Below, piece after piece: positions 1 through 13,849 of a stretch of DNA of 64,000 nt. The notes under the pieces are model-generated. The model was not told the origin of the DNA, did not search any database, and was given only the letters and a program-made list of their open reading frames with translations. Made by a program: the position numbers and the translations under genes. Source of the stretch: Octopus sinensis (taxonomy: Eukaryota); NCBI RefSeq assembly GCF_006345805.1, contig NC_042997.1:7192001-7256000 (forward strand), written 5' to 3'. Every line of letters starts with the position of its first letter. Within the stretch, counting starts at the first letter, position 1.

Positions 1-337
1 TTGTAGAAATGGACGCTCTGATTCGCATGCTATTTCCTATAAATCCATGGTGTTTCAACATAGAAAAATATTCAGAACTGATGATTTTCTTTATATTTCC
101 GCCTAATCATTAGATGAACGAAGTTTGAATATATACACATTTTCGAGAGAGCCAATATTGTTTACGAATAAAGGAAATATATTGTTATGTAAAATACGTA
201 AACTTTGTTTCTCACTTAGAATGCACATCATTACGCATTTTAAATCTAATTAAATTTTATTGCATACTATAAATTATTAAATGAGTCAGTACTGATATAA
301 ATATGCATATATACATAACATACACCCACATCCGTCA

Positions 338-379
338 ACACGCACACACACACACACGCACACACACACACGCACACAA

Positions 380-420
<41 letters not shown>

Positions 421-505
421 CTGTATGTGGGTGTGCGTGTATGTGTTTGTTTGTGTGTATGTGTGGGCTTGTGTGTGTACATGTGTGGGTTAGTGTGCGC
501 ACGTG
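338..505. repeat. Compound (CA)n/(TA)n/(TG)n microsatellite
   Basis: Directly visible dinucleotide runs; they generate the spurious [12 protein letters not shown] ORFs. Confidence 0.95.
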
Positions 506-1775
506 TGTAGAATGAAGTTGAACATACACAGAGATTGTATATGAATTCATTACTACATGATTTTGTTTTATAATATAGGGATCCATTTTACACGTTTCAA
601 ACTAGACTTTAAAAACTATATGGTATATGGAACTATAATGCGCATTATGTGTATTCTGATCAGTGTTACAAATATAATTTGAATAAGAGTGGGGCTCAAA
701 AATTATTTATCAACGTACAAATTGGTCAACCAAAGGATTACTTGGCGTGGTCATTGCACATGTATTAAGCTTATTAGACCTTGCATAAGAATGTCACATT
801 ACAGATTTTCACCAATGAATATGACATATGACAGAAAGTAAAAAGACTTATGATATAATAATTATATACATAAAAGTGTTATTCATAATCATTGGTTAAA
901 AGTCAGTGGAAGAACAGTGTTATCAACTAGTACTTGTTCTCTCGCATTGCACATTTAAAAGCATGTCCCTTTTTTGTTAACAAAGAAAATAGCTGCTACA
1001 TGATATTTGAGTTATCAAAAACGAGTCCAAGTAAATATTCTATAGTATTTATTTAAGGGGAAATGAAGGATCGTGTATTAATGATGTGTTTTTACTGCTC
1101 ACTCAACAGTGGCTTGTATTTTTTAACAAATCGGTTTTACTTTTTCATTTTTTTAATTTTGTCTGGAGTCTTATCCCTGACATAGTCACAGTTGAAAGAC
1201 AAGAAATGTGGGCGATATGGTTTCCCCACACGTGTCCAGATATTCTAGTGTTATATCACGCATTTGGTGACGATGAACATTCAACTTCATTATTAAAATG
1301 AGTTTAATTTGCTGTGCCTGCAATGCATAATTGCTTTGAAGAACAAGTAAAATGTGTTTTTTTTTCATGAATAATACGTTCTTAATCTTCAGAGATCCTT
1401 CATATAGGAGCTTGGGGTATAAATGAACACAAAGCGAACTCATATATATTACAGACGGGTCTCGTCAATCATGGACATCATAATTCCCGTATCATATAAG
1501 AGTAACATAAATATGCTTATATTCTATATATCATAACAGCGGGTTTGATTTTCCTTTGTTCAGCAGTGTTTCCAACACACCAACACCAATATACCAAAAT
1601 CATGTATTATGTATATGCCAGGTTCAATTAACGGGCGGATTTCGATTCTTGCGATATGAATTTGCATTTGTACTATTCGGTGTGCTAAATGGTATCCAAG
1701 TTGAATACAAAATGAAGATTAACTTTCTCTGTTAATACTGCTTCCGTATAATTCATATATACATGCATACATGCA

Positions 1776-1969
<194 letters not shown>

Positions 1970-2624
1970 TATTTAGAGTTGTGAATGCTTACGAGGAACG
2001 TAGATTAAATGTGTCACACAAGGTATTTCAACATTTTAAAAAGAACCCTATTTATTCGAGAATATGTGGTTGAAACAGACTGCGGTTGCTTATAAAATAT
2101 CAAATTTATTTGTTAATATTCGGCCTGCTTCAGAGGTATGCATACTGTTGCTATACATTCCAAACATGCAACTACGTTGTGCACGTATTTTGCTATCATA
2201 GGATAATGCACAGTTTGGCGGTTACTGCTTGGCTTTTCATAAAATATCTCTGCATCCACGCACCAAAATAATTTCAACTCTTTTCTAATATCATTTGAAG
2301 TGTTCAAATATTTGTACTGAACAACCTGGCAAATATAAAATTGACCTTGAAGTATAATTCAAGAGATGTCTGACAAAATTATAATTAGAATAACAGATAA
2401 AACAGTTATAGCGAACGACATCAAAAGTTGCACTTATTGAAGATCAGCTGCTACTAACAAAATCATAAATCAATTTTTCGTGCATTGCAACACATGATTG
2501 GTAACTACAAATGAAAGCAAACAATGTACCAGCATTGTTGCAGTCCATTGAATAAAAATATAAACATACATAAAATAAGTACATCAATATGCATTGCACA
2601 CACACACACGCACATACACATATG

Positions 2625-2657
<33 letters not shown>

Positions 2658-2838
2658 CAATTTTAGCAAAAGCAGGAGAGTGACTCAAGGTCGAAGAGAA
2701 GTGTGTGTTGACTGGTATCATGTCTGGTAAGTGCAAATTCATGAAATTCTCGGACCTTCAGTCGCTCTGCTAAATATTAATAAGAATATGCATATACTCA
2801 CATGTTCTAATTTTCCTTTTTGCACCAACATACCTATA

Positions 2839-3019
<181 letters not shown>

Positions 3020-3064
3020 TATTATATGGTTGTGTACTCCTTATACATAATTTTACCACCGTCT

Positions 3065-3410
3065 GTACCTACACCTTAGCACCATCATGGCATCGTATGT
3101 GGCTTTTTAAACCAAACCATATTCTGAAAAGATACCCACATAGATTGCCCCTCTGATTTGGACCAACAATACCTGCAGATAAGTTCGGCTCTTTATGGAT
3201 AGACATTTTAGAGTAAGTTTAAAGTGCATTTTCATGTTTCTGCCAAGCAACCAATTGAATAATTTTAGTAAGATTTAGAGCACAGGACGTACCTGTGCAG
3301 ATGAATAATTTTCAGTGGGTGTAGCTTGCAATCTACTTCATCCTCTTATTGGTCCAAGAAGATTTTCGCCTGTGTGACATGAAAATTGACAAAACCAGGA
3401 CCTTCCAAGG
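3065..3410 (-). mobile_element. Degraded 3' end of an RTE-like LINE
   Basis: The minus strand translates to GNLCGYLFRIWFGLKSHIRCH, resembling the terminal C..C..SRIGL.SH.R.H finger seen in the RTE at 55539-55600. The upstream part is heavily decayed. Confidence 0.4.
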
Positions 3411-3520
3411 CCTCATTATATACATACATATATGTGTGTGTTGGATCGATTGGGTGTGTTTGTGTTTGTGTGTGTGCGTGTGTGTGCGAGTGTATATATA
3501 TATATATACATATACATAAA

Positions 3521-3857
3521 CAACACTAACTGAATTGCAATATTCGCCCTAACGTATAGACGATGGAATTAAGCGTCTTAAGAAATTGGGAATAAAAACA
3601 ATATGTGTAACAAAACTGAACAACACACCTCATCTCAAAACACTACCGTATATATTAACGCACAACCGTAGAAACAATGAGGTATACAACACTATTGTAG
3701 AAAATCTGCCTATGATTACCAGGGATCCAAAATTAACAACAATCTGAAAACACATATATTCAACAAATGCAAAAAGCCACTCAAATCGCTGAAAAGCCTT
3801 CTAAAAATGTGGCTCTTTACACAACAACCACGAAACCAACGCTTAACAAATGTGGAT
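3521..3857 (+). mobile_element. Penelope-like element fragment (RT thumb/linker region)
   Basis: Aligns by eye to the reverse complement of about 6830-7130. Shared blocks include aacactaact, agacgatggaattaagcg, catctcaaaacactac and tagaaacaa(t/c)gagg. Confidence 0.7.
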
Positions 3858-5504
3858 GCTTCAGTTATCTACGCATTGCATTATTGCGGTTTTTCATTCG
3901 GTTAAATCTTATATCATGAGTTTAAAGTTATATATCACCAAGCACGCACATCAATTAGTAAGCTCACAAGCAAGTATGAAGTAAATGTATGTGCAGTTAT
4001 GGATTTTGTGTATACTCATGAATATGTCTGTATGTATTTTGAGTGCGAGTTAATTTTACTAAAATTCTTTAGTTTATGATGATTTTTAATCTGCTTCATT
4101 AACAAATTTGGAATATTGTTTAAATATATTCAACATACATTTTTCCTAATGACTAAAGAGACTCCGAAATGCCTGAATCCATTTAACCTTCGAAATCGGA
4201 AGGATTTTTTTTTTATTTACTGATCGACTGCTAACTTTCATAAAAATCCATATTCCTTAGTAGATAAAATGCCCGTTGAGGATCTATTAGGCTACCTTTA
4301 ATATTGCCATTCACAGAAGAGTAAGCCAGAGACATTCATTTCTGAATTTATTGAGATATGTCACTGCATATTATAAATGGAATTTCTGCTTATGCATAAT
4401 TAAAATTAACAAAGAAGCTAGGCATAATAAAATATAGACTAAACTTAACAGTACCTGCTGACTATAATTAATGTAGAATAGAAACAACTCGAATAAAGCT
4501 GCCTGATAAATGCTAACACTCTCCGTTATCAATATGCAAATGAATATACATAGGTAATGTATCGTATGAAAATATTAAGACGTTATGTTTGGTAACTTGC
4601 CCATCCAAAGAAACAGTATTAAGCTGCCAGACTCGGTGCATAAAATTCAACTCCGATTTCACAATATCATTGGAGCCTATATTTACAAATGATTTGCTAT
4701 GATGTTCAAATTTGTATTAGGAGATGATTTAAATTTAAGTCCTGTATTAATATATGTAATACTTTTAGATGCATTTCACTTTTATTCTGCACAATAAAAA
4801 AATTGCAACTGAGAATATTCTCTTAGTAATTTGAGAAACGAGTTTCAACAAATCAGTAAATTATAAATAAAAGAATGAGCTTAAATGCAAAATCTAACAT
4901 GTATACGTACACCACAGACAAGAAAAAAATATACAGCAAATCATTATGGGTATAATTAATGCAGCTTCATGAATTCTATATTCACTTGAGCTCATCCTTA
5001 AAACTGTATTTCTTCACTAATAACGGATATTTTCTTTTTATTTTATAATATTAAAGCAAAGATATTCAAGTATATATGTGATCGGTATTAAATTGCGTCG
5101 TCTCCTTTGTTGTTTTGATTTCCGGTAAAATAGCTTTTCGTTATTTTCCATTAAAGAAACAGTTTTAAAATCTCTCTGATATATCATCAAATTCATATCT
5201 TGCAAATAGGAAAAATAAGGATGCAAGAAGAAAAAAATATTATTTCTTTAAATACTTAATACAAATAAGAATAAAGTATATGAAGTTCAAATATTTAAAG
5301 TAATGTTTTCATATTTCAGCACATGTGTGTCAATTATTCTCTTTCTCTGAATTTCACTTTACCTCACTCTCACCCCCACCTCTATTTATCTTCACATATA
5401 AATACATGTTTAATTATATGTTTACACATATTTTAATATGTATACATACAGACATGGACACCAGCGCGCGCACTGACACATATAAACATAACCATTAATA
5501 GTCT

Positions 5505-5690
5505 ATTTTTCACTTGTTTTAGTCAGTTGACTGCAGCCACAATTTTCGTATTTTATTCGAATGAAGTAGCACCAGTTCTTGTTTCTAAACCTGGTATTTA
5601 TACTGTCCGAGATATCCGGCGAACCGCTTAGCAACCGGCCCGACACAAACCAGCAACAGTTGACAAACACTGGCAGCGGTAAACAAATAC
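5505..5690 (-). mobile_element. Degenerate SINE (same family as 28190-28350)
   Basis: gtcagttgactgcagcca...cctggtatttat...cgaaccgcttag matches the better copy at 28190 (catttgactgcgccca...cctagtacttat...ccgaaacgcc). Confidence 0.55.
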
Positions 5691-5938
5691 ACAAAGAAAT
5701 TTCTTTCTCTTTCTATTTTGCTTTCTTTCTCTCTTTCTCTCTCTCTCTCTCACAGACACACCCATATATATTATATATAATGTACCTCTTTCAATTTCCT
5801 TTTACAAAATACACTCAAAGGGCTGCCCGCTGCTATACTAGAACCATTCGCTCAAGGTGACACCAAATGGAATTGAATCGTAATTAAATTTCACCCCTCA
5901 CCTCTTACACAAACACATAATACATATATACATACATG

Positions 5939-5991
<53 letters not shown>

Positions 5992-5996
5992 TATAT

Positions 5997-6034
<38 letters not shown>

Positions 6035-6574
6035 GTAACAAAATGGGAGGAGGGGAATTTCGATTATCCACACGTGGTGAGTTGTAATGCAAAAAATACA
6101 TACTTAAAATAGAAGTAAAATGCACTGAGTTTACTTATTTTTAATATGTTTTATAAGAGAAATATTATTGCGTTTGTCGACAAGTTTCACTTTCTCCTAT
6201 CATGATATTGAAATTATTGTAATTTCGTATTTCCTTAAGATTTTAGTATATGCTGTGTGTGGAGAAATTTGTGAATGAATGATTCAATAAGGAGACAAAT
6301 CTAAGGGAAGGTAATAGGTGATCGTTATTAGTGGGGACAGAGGATGTAATTGCGCATCTTTCGAGGAAGGGATGAATATATATATATATATATATATATA
6401 TGAAAACTCAAAAGCTAAAGTAGTGAGATGAAATATGTACAGTGAATGGTATGTGTTCATGAATTAAAATATATACTGAGACCAAAGTTGGTTATGCTTG
6501 TTCTGTAATTTTCGATGAACAATTTTTCTTTATTTAATCTTTCTTGTACATGAATTGTATTTTTTCACTTGTAG

Positions 6575-7140
6575 ATGAGGAAAAATATGAAGTTTGGTTG
6601 GATAATACCTGCACATCATTGCATGTGTTCACTCAAACTATTCTTTCTGTATTGCGTGTACCAGATTTGTCCCTTATGTGATTGTCACACTTCTCTGTCT
6701 TATATAGTCATGCCCACAAACTGAACAGGTTATAAGGTAAATTGGATTCTCTATGAAAAGGAATCCCGAGCTTTCCAGTAGGTCGGGGTACGTTCCACAG
6801 TTTGGGTGTCCACAATTTTAACCGTTGGTCTCGTGATTGTTGTTTAAAGCTTTCGCTATTTGTGTTGGTTTTTACATGTGGTGAGTTTATGTGCTTCCAG
6901 AATGTTCATTTTAGGTTATTTAGTGAGCCTTGGTAGATTTTGTACAATAGTGGTATATGCCTCGTTGTTTCTAGGTTTGTGAGTTGATATATACAGTAGT
7001 GTTTTGAGATGCGGTGTGGTGCTACGTTTAGCATTCCTTCATGTTTATGTGTCTAATGTTTTAGCCCGCTTAATTCCATCGTCTGTAATTATTGGTGGAT
7101 ATTGTCTTTTAGTTAGTGTTCATCTGAGATCTTGCTTGCA
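6575..7140 (-). mobile_element. Penelope-like element remnant with Cys linker and GIY-YIG endonuclease
   Basis: The minus strand gives LLYISTHKPRNNEAY, then CGHPNCGTYPDLLES (Cys linker), then LITCSVCGHDYIRQ (GIY-YIG YIGQT-like), with frameshifts. Confidence 0.75.
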
Positions 7141-8208
7141 TTATAGACAAATTCCTTGTAGTGAAGACAGAGATGTGTAGGCAATATCCAACCGAACTTC
7201 ATAGTTCTCCCCATCTACCAGCAGAAAGAAACAATTTCTAACAAAAATGTTCAAAGGAAGACAATTTGTTAATCGAAAAATGGAGAATACACCTATATAT
7301 ACATGCATAAGCAACTTTGATCTCATTGTATATTTTAATCCATGATTACATACCCATCATTGTACATATCTCTCACTATTTTAGCTTTTTAATTTTGGTG
7401 TATATTTTCCCCTCCCCGAAAGGTTACCAATTACCTCACCTATCCCCAATAATAACGATCACCAATTATCCGTCCTCAGTTTTTTCAACATGTTGAATCG
7501 TTCAGTCATAAGCTTCTTCACACATATCATGGACTTATATCTTCTTAAAATACAAAATTACAATAATTTCAATATTCTGATTACCGAAAGAGGCAAACAC
7601 AGTGAAGTGGCTTGAGTTGATATGCTATATGACGACGATATGATGTAGCTCACTACAAAATGTAGCTTATAGATGTAAATCTTGAAGGTTCTCGTATCGG
7701 AGTAACCGGTAAATATCGAAGAATCAACACCGAGAAAGAAGAAATATTATTTGCATACATTTATTCATTTTCCAGACAGGTCGTTAGAGAAACAGTAGTA
7801 ATTGTAGTTATAGTGACAAAAGGGTTGGCTCGCTGGTTAGTAGTTGATAGTGTAGAAGTTGCTGTCTGCTAGTAGAGAGTGTAAGGGTAAAAAATTCACG
7901 ATGTTGATTAGAAATAAATAAAGGAGTAAGGTGGCATCGTCTTTCTTCCAGACGAAAGCTTTGCTTCGTATGTCGAAGGAAGGACGAAGGGAAATATTGC
8001 TACTTAGCCATAATTGACACAAAAGGGGGTGTTGCTCCTTGGTCTGGCTGACACAAAAGAGGAAGAGATAGGAAATGATATATGTTATATAGACTATTGT
8101 CGGTAATTTAGATCAAAATCTAAACAAAGGACTGACTTTTCCTTGGGGGTCAAGTATTTCCCCATTGATTATCTGGTGTATAAATGCTTTCCCGCTTGTT
8201 TTCACAAG

Positions 8209-8241
8209 CAACAAGAGGGTAGATTCTGTTTCAAATCTTAG
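8209..8241 (+). other. Candidate 33-nt symmetric exon (unassigned gene)
   Basis: Acceptor tttcccgcttgttttcacaag|, donor |gtaagt, one open frame NKRVDSVSNL (phase 2-2). No partner exons identified. Confidence 0.25.
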
Positions 8242-8331
8242 GTAAGTCTAAGTGAGGTCACTACAACACTATAACATAAATTTAAAAATATATAAATCTA
8301 TGTAAAGTGTATGTATTTTCCTTCTTTTATT

Positions 8332-8410
<79 letters not shown>

Positions 8411-8418
8411 ATTTATAT

Positions 8419-8449
<31 letters not shown>

Positions 8450-10387
8450 TATATATGTATATATGTATATGTCTGTATGTATATAATCATATATATATAT
8501 ATATAATTATATATGTATCTATATATCTGTATATATTATATATTATATATTATAATTTTGTGTGTGTGTGTATTTTTAATGGCTCAGTTAATAAAATTTA
8601 TAGCGCACATATTTATATTTTATCTGAGAGCACAATCAAATTTGAATGTAAATGTCGTTTCTAACATAGAGGGTTTAAAACACACCATAGAAATAAGAAA
8701 ATAACTGAAAATTATGTTTACCAGATGCAGAGTTCTGTAAATAATATCAGAAAATTGTGACTGTGCGGCTCAACCTGTCTTGATAGATATTAAGCTAATC
8801 CATATATTAAGTAAATTGTTGTAAGAGAGATTTCCTTATAACTATATATGATATTTACGAAAATTATTCCAAAGTGAATTCCATTTGTTTAACTATGAAA
8901 TATTTCGGCTCATTCCAAACATTGAAGTTAAATATTACAGTTTTCTATAGTTTAATTTCTTCTGAAATATGTCTTCGTGGTACCAGTGTTCTGAAATATC
9001 TTATTTGTAAGTTAAATAACGCCCAAGTTATAAAGAATCATTGCTGATGATCTAGTGATCTTTTTCGTATGCCGAAACAGTCAGACAGTGCAAAATGCTA
9101 TACAAAACGTCGCGATTGAAGAACTTATACGTCGGATCTCAAACATTCATTGTCAAATATATTGGTAAGCTAATGTAAATAGCGGACAATAATTAACAAA
9201 TAATTTTCTAGCTCTCTGAAATATAAGTGGCAACAAAGTGAATGCTTCAACGTCCTCGTTTATATTAGTAATTGCCTTCGAAAAGTGCACTAATTTCTTT
9301 TTCTAAATGTACCTTCTTAATTTATTGTTGCATTAACTTTTTTGATAAATTCTTGTTGATTAAAAATTAATTATACACCCATGCCTTTATTCATGAAGTC
9401 TCTTTTATAATATAGGTCTTGAACCGATTGCAAGCAATCAATTTTTTAAATGTTTCGTTTTATGATTTTCATGTATCTATAATGAAAATCTATATCCCAT
9501 ACAAGAACACATGCACAAAAATATCGACAAACAATTTGAAAATAATGCTTTCGTTAGAATATGTTTCAGTATGTTTATTGCAAATTTTAGTGCAATATTA
9601 ACTACACTGTACTGCATCTAGGAATGAACTTCTATGAAAATTGACGAAATTACTTATACCAATATCATATCATTTACGAAGGAGCACATTCAATTACAAT
9701 ATAAAGCTTTGTTCTCCTAACATTGACAATATAAACTCCCAAATCTGTGATATGCGTCAAAAAACGATTAAAAATATTTTTCACTGACTGTAATGTACCA
9801 TGCAGAATGCAGCGAGCTACTAATAAGATTTTTTACTACTTCTTTAAAACACATTTCAATTAGGTGTGAATAAAACTAGTTATGTATTCAGTGGACTTGT
9901 AAGGAAGACCATGAACATCGAGGAGTTTCACAAAATTGATAAGGCACAGCATTCGTACTCCATCACATGCAAATATACGAACACATTGAAGAAGTCTATA
10001 TGAAAACAAGCACGTGTTTGTATGTATGTGTGTGTATATATATAGTGTATATTGTTGGCTATTGAAGTGCGTGATATTAGATGGTAAAATAGTTAATATG
10101 ATTTACTATAAAACAAAACATTTTTATGTACAAATATATTGTATATTCTGTGTTCAATTTTTGTGCTAGAAGCATATGGTATGACGCAAAATATATGTTA
10201 CATAAAAAAAAGTTTTCATTTTTGCTTTTACCCTGACAGAAGAAACGTGTAATATTTGCATTACAGTATGTATGTATGTATGTGTGTGTGATACGAACGG
10301 TTATTTTCAAATTCTGTGTGCGATAGCAAAACATCTTCATTTACAAAACATATGTATTCATGTCAGTAACACACGTAGGAGATGACA

Positions 10388-10593
10388 TGTGGAGCTGCAG
10401 TAAAGACGTGTCGTTGACCAGGGCCTTGTCACTAACTCAGGTTTTTCTACTGCGTATCTCATAACGAGGCTAATGTATAAAAAATTGACAGGTGTATCAC
10501 TTTGATACAGTAGTCAATTTTATCTGCTGTGCAGGACGGCTGTAGCACATCTGGTCGCAGATTACTATGTCTACGTTACGTGGCTATGCTACA
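10388..10593 (-). repeat. Probable 3' LTR (about 206 bp) of the Gypsy remnant
   Basis: On the minus strand it begins TGTAGC right after the PPT and ends GCTCCACA, an imperfect terminal inverted repeat. Confidence 0.6.
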
Positions 10594-11680
10594 TAGCCTC
10601 CTGCTAAACTTGAAAAAGCTGGAACTAGGTAAAGAGGCGGTGTATATAAATATACAGTGGAGAAACAGGTCAGAACATGGATTACAAGCAGAAGAATGCA
10701 ATGCAACAGAAAAGAGTGACCAAAAGGAAAAAGCTAAGCACGGTAAGGGTAAACAGAACGTGAACACAAAGAAATAAACAAAATGTTCAAGTTGGTTTCG
10801 TATAGTTCGAAGGAATACTGTGAAGAACAAAAATGCTTCGTTGGTGATAAGTATTGAAAAGTCTTGCGGTAAGTTCTCAAGTAGTTCATGCTAGTTAAGA
10901 TGTAGAACAATACTGCATTCTTACTGATACATGTTAAAATGTCTTTAGTAAGTTCGCAAGTAGTTCATGATAGTTCAGACGTATATAGTTTTAGACAGCT
11001 TGGTGGGCCAATGTACACGGCGACCACTACGGGTGTTAGTGACGTATGTAGATAGAGAAGGGGTCGGTGTGTGCGAGTGTATTAGTGGTGGTTGACACTG
11101 GAGTAGCGTTTGTTTTATGTTGTACTGTGAATGTGCTTGTGTATGAGGTGCTATTGTACCACTGTCTGTGTACGGCCACTTAAGTATGTTTTTTGAGACA
11201 GTTTTCTTTTTACCATCAATCTATATGATACATAGGTTTTCTCTGTGTGACAGGACACGATAGGGTCTTGTGTATGGAGGTGTAGGCGGGGTTTTCACAG
11301 CATGTTTTCTTAGATGCACGTGGGTCTAGAAATCTATATCTTTTGGAACTGATGATTTTAGTGGTTTGGTATCGTTTTGACATGTGTGACAGTTCTTGAA
11401 TGTATTTGCGAAGTCTGTGAATTTACATAGCGGAGTCTTGTTTGGACAGATCCACTTTGGCTAACGAAAGGTGTGTGCTATAAACAAGTTCTACTGAGGA
11501 ATAATCGAGATCTTCCTTAATTGAGGCTCGACACCCAGCAGGGCTATCGGAAGATATTCGCTCCAACGCTGCCGATCTGGGTAAGCACGCAAAGCAGCCT
11601 TCATTTGACGGTGGAATTTTTCCACCATACCGTCGGATTGTGGATGGTAACTGGTGGTTCGAATCCAACGTGCACCTATG
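10388..11680 (-). mobile_element. Gypsy/Ty3 LTR retrotransposon 3' remnant (integrase core, GPY/F-like region, 3'UTR, PPT, 3' LTR)
   Basis: Minus strand: RWIRTTSYHPQSDGMVEKFHRQMKAALRAY..W..YLPIALLG / IKEDLDYSSVELVY; HVHLRKHAVKTPPTPPYTRPYRVL...DGKKKTVS; TRSGRRVHWP. Purine tract agcaggagg precedes tgtagc at 10593. Confidence 0.85.
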
Positions 11681-13645
11681 TAATTAAGCGCATGAAGACA
11701 GGAAAAGCCCCCGGCCCATCAGGAATCACCACTGAGGCGCTTAAAATATAAGTCGGTGTAGGATATAGTCTGGTAACCCGTATAATCAAACAGGTAATAC
11801 ATGAAGGTGTCATACCCAACGACTAGTGTAGCAGCACCATAGCCAACTGCTACAAAGGCAAAGGTGACGCATTAGATAGGAATAATTACAGTGACAGCAA
11901 ATTGTTGGATCAGGTGATTAATGTCAGAGAGAGGGTCATAGACCAAGTAATTATGGAGCGAGTTAGTTTAGACGAGATGCAGTTTAGACAAGAGAAGTGC
12001 CACTGATGCTATTTTTCCGATAAGACAGCTGCGGGAGAAATTCCTACCCAAAGAGAAATATGTGCACTTGGCTTTCGCTGACATGGATAAAGCCTTTGAC
12101 AGGGTCCCCCTATTCCTTATCTAGTGCCCAATGTGGAAACTAAGGATAGATGAGTGGTTGGTGAGGGCTTTATACTGTCAGGAAGGTGAGGAATGGCAAC
12201 GAATATAGTGAAGAATTCCGCGTAGAAGTAGGGGTTCACCAAGGATCAGTCCTCAGCCCACACCTCATATTCATCATGGTCCTCCAGGCAATAACAGGAA
12301 TTCACGGCAGGCTGCATTTTGGGGCTCCTCTATGCTGATAACCTTGGTCTAATAGTTGAGTCACTAACAGAACTTCAGAAGTTTCTGGCGTGGAAGCAAT
12401 ATCTAAAATCGAAGGGCCTTAGAGTCAAACTTGGAAAAAACCAACGCCTTAATAAGTAGGAAGGCAGACAAATCACAAATCCCTTCAGATAGATGACCCT
12501 GCTCGATTTTTAGAAAAGGCGTGGGTAGAAACTCCATGGACACAAAAGAGGTGCAGCAATATCAAAGGAAGGTTAACTGGAAAGATAATGTTTGTGTGTG
12601 GAAGATGCAGAGGAGCAATAAGCACCGATGAATCCATTATATGCCAGGGGGGAAAACTAGAAATTGATTGCTTCCGTTATCTAAGTGACTTAGTCAGTAA
12701 CGGGTCTGGATGCTCTGGAGTTGCTAGAATAAGAATAGTCTGGGCAAAGTAAAGAGAGCTCCTGCCTCTGATGGTAACAAAGAGCCTCTCGTTCTGTGTG
12801 AAAGGTAGACTGTATGATGTATGTGTGCAAACAGCCATGCTACAAGGCAGTGAAACATGGGCTGTGATTTCTGAGCACATGCGTAGGCTTGAAAAAATGA
12901 AGCTAGTATGTTCTGCTGGATGTGTAATGTCAGTGTCCATACATGACGGTGAATAAGCGCCCTGAAAGAAAAGTTGGACAAAAGAAGCATCAGATGTGGC
13001 GTGCAAGAGAGACGACTGCGCTTGTAGGTCCTGTGTTACGTATAGATGAGGACAGCTGTGTGAAGCACGACCGTCGAACGTTGGGCCTCACGGAGGCAAT
13101 GACAAGCGACCGGGACCTTTTTTAGATATGCTGTGCTTGAGAAGATCCGGCAAGCCAAGTGAGATCGTAGCCGTGGCCGATGCCAGAGTCGCATAACTGG
13201 CCCCTTTAAAATTACCCTTTAATCCTCGAGCAATATCCTGTGCTTGAGAAGACCTGTTGAATCAAATGAAATCGTAGTCGTGGCCAATGCCAGTTGCGCC
13301 TGACTGACCCCCTGCCGGTGGCAAGTAAAAAGCGCCATTCGAGCGTGGTCGATACCAGTGCCGTCTGACTGGCTCCGTGCCGGTGGCACGTAAAAAGCAC
13401 CATTCAAGTATGGCAGATTGCGGTGACGCTTGACTGGCCCAATGCTGGTGGCACGTAAAAACCACTCACTATACTCTCGTTGTAGTTGGCGTTAGGAATG
13501 CCATCTAGCTGTAGAAACCTTGCCAGAGTAGATTGGAGCCTGGAGCAGCCTTCTGTCTTGCCAGTCCTCAACCAAACCGTCCAAACCATGCCAGTATGGA
13601 ATGTCGACTTTAAATGATGATAATGATGATGTCAATGATGATGAT
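11681..13645 (+). mobile_element. 5'-truncated, decayed RTE-type LINE (RT C-half, long 3'UTR, (GAT)n tail)
   Basis: IKRMKTGKAPGPSGI, CYKGKGDALDRNNY, FADMDKAFDRV, VGVHQGSVLSP, LLYADNL (12331-12342), MLQGSETWAV; many stops and frameshifts; ends taaatgatgataatgatgat. Confidence 0.9.
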
Positions 13646-13849
13646 ATATATATATATATGTGTGTGTGTGTATGTGTGTGTGTGTGTGTGTGTGTATGTG
13701 TGTGTGTGTGTGTGTGCGTGCGTGTGTGTGTGTAATTGTTTTTGAATAAATTTATTTCAGCAATATTTTTTGTTCATCAATGGTAAAAATGTAGAATCAT
13801 GAAGTAGAAAAACACGTTTAAAAGTCTCAATGTCGACAAGATTAAATGT

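Noticed and set aside
267-586. YIYI/CVCV/HTHT ORFs here and throughout, plus poly-L/S/V/N ORFs at 22.2 kb and 62.7 kb
   Set aside because: Translations of microsatellites, which lack stop codons in several frames.
2667-2726. 60-nt exon-like segment with gtaagt donor
   Set aside because: The acceptor abuts a (TA)n run, the peptide is unrecognisable, and there is no linked exon.
9043-9080. ctgatga...ccgaaac hammerhead-like spacing
   Set aside because: No stem II pairing between the two cores.
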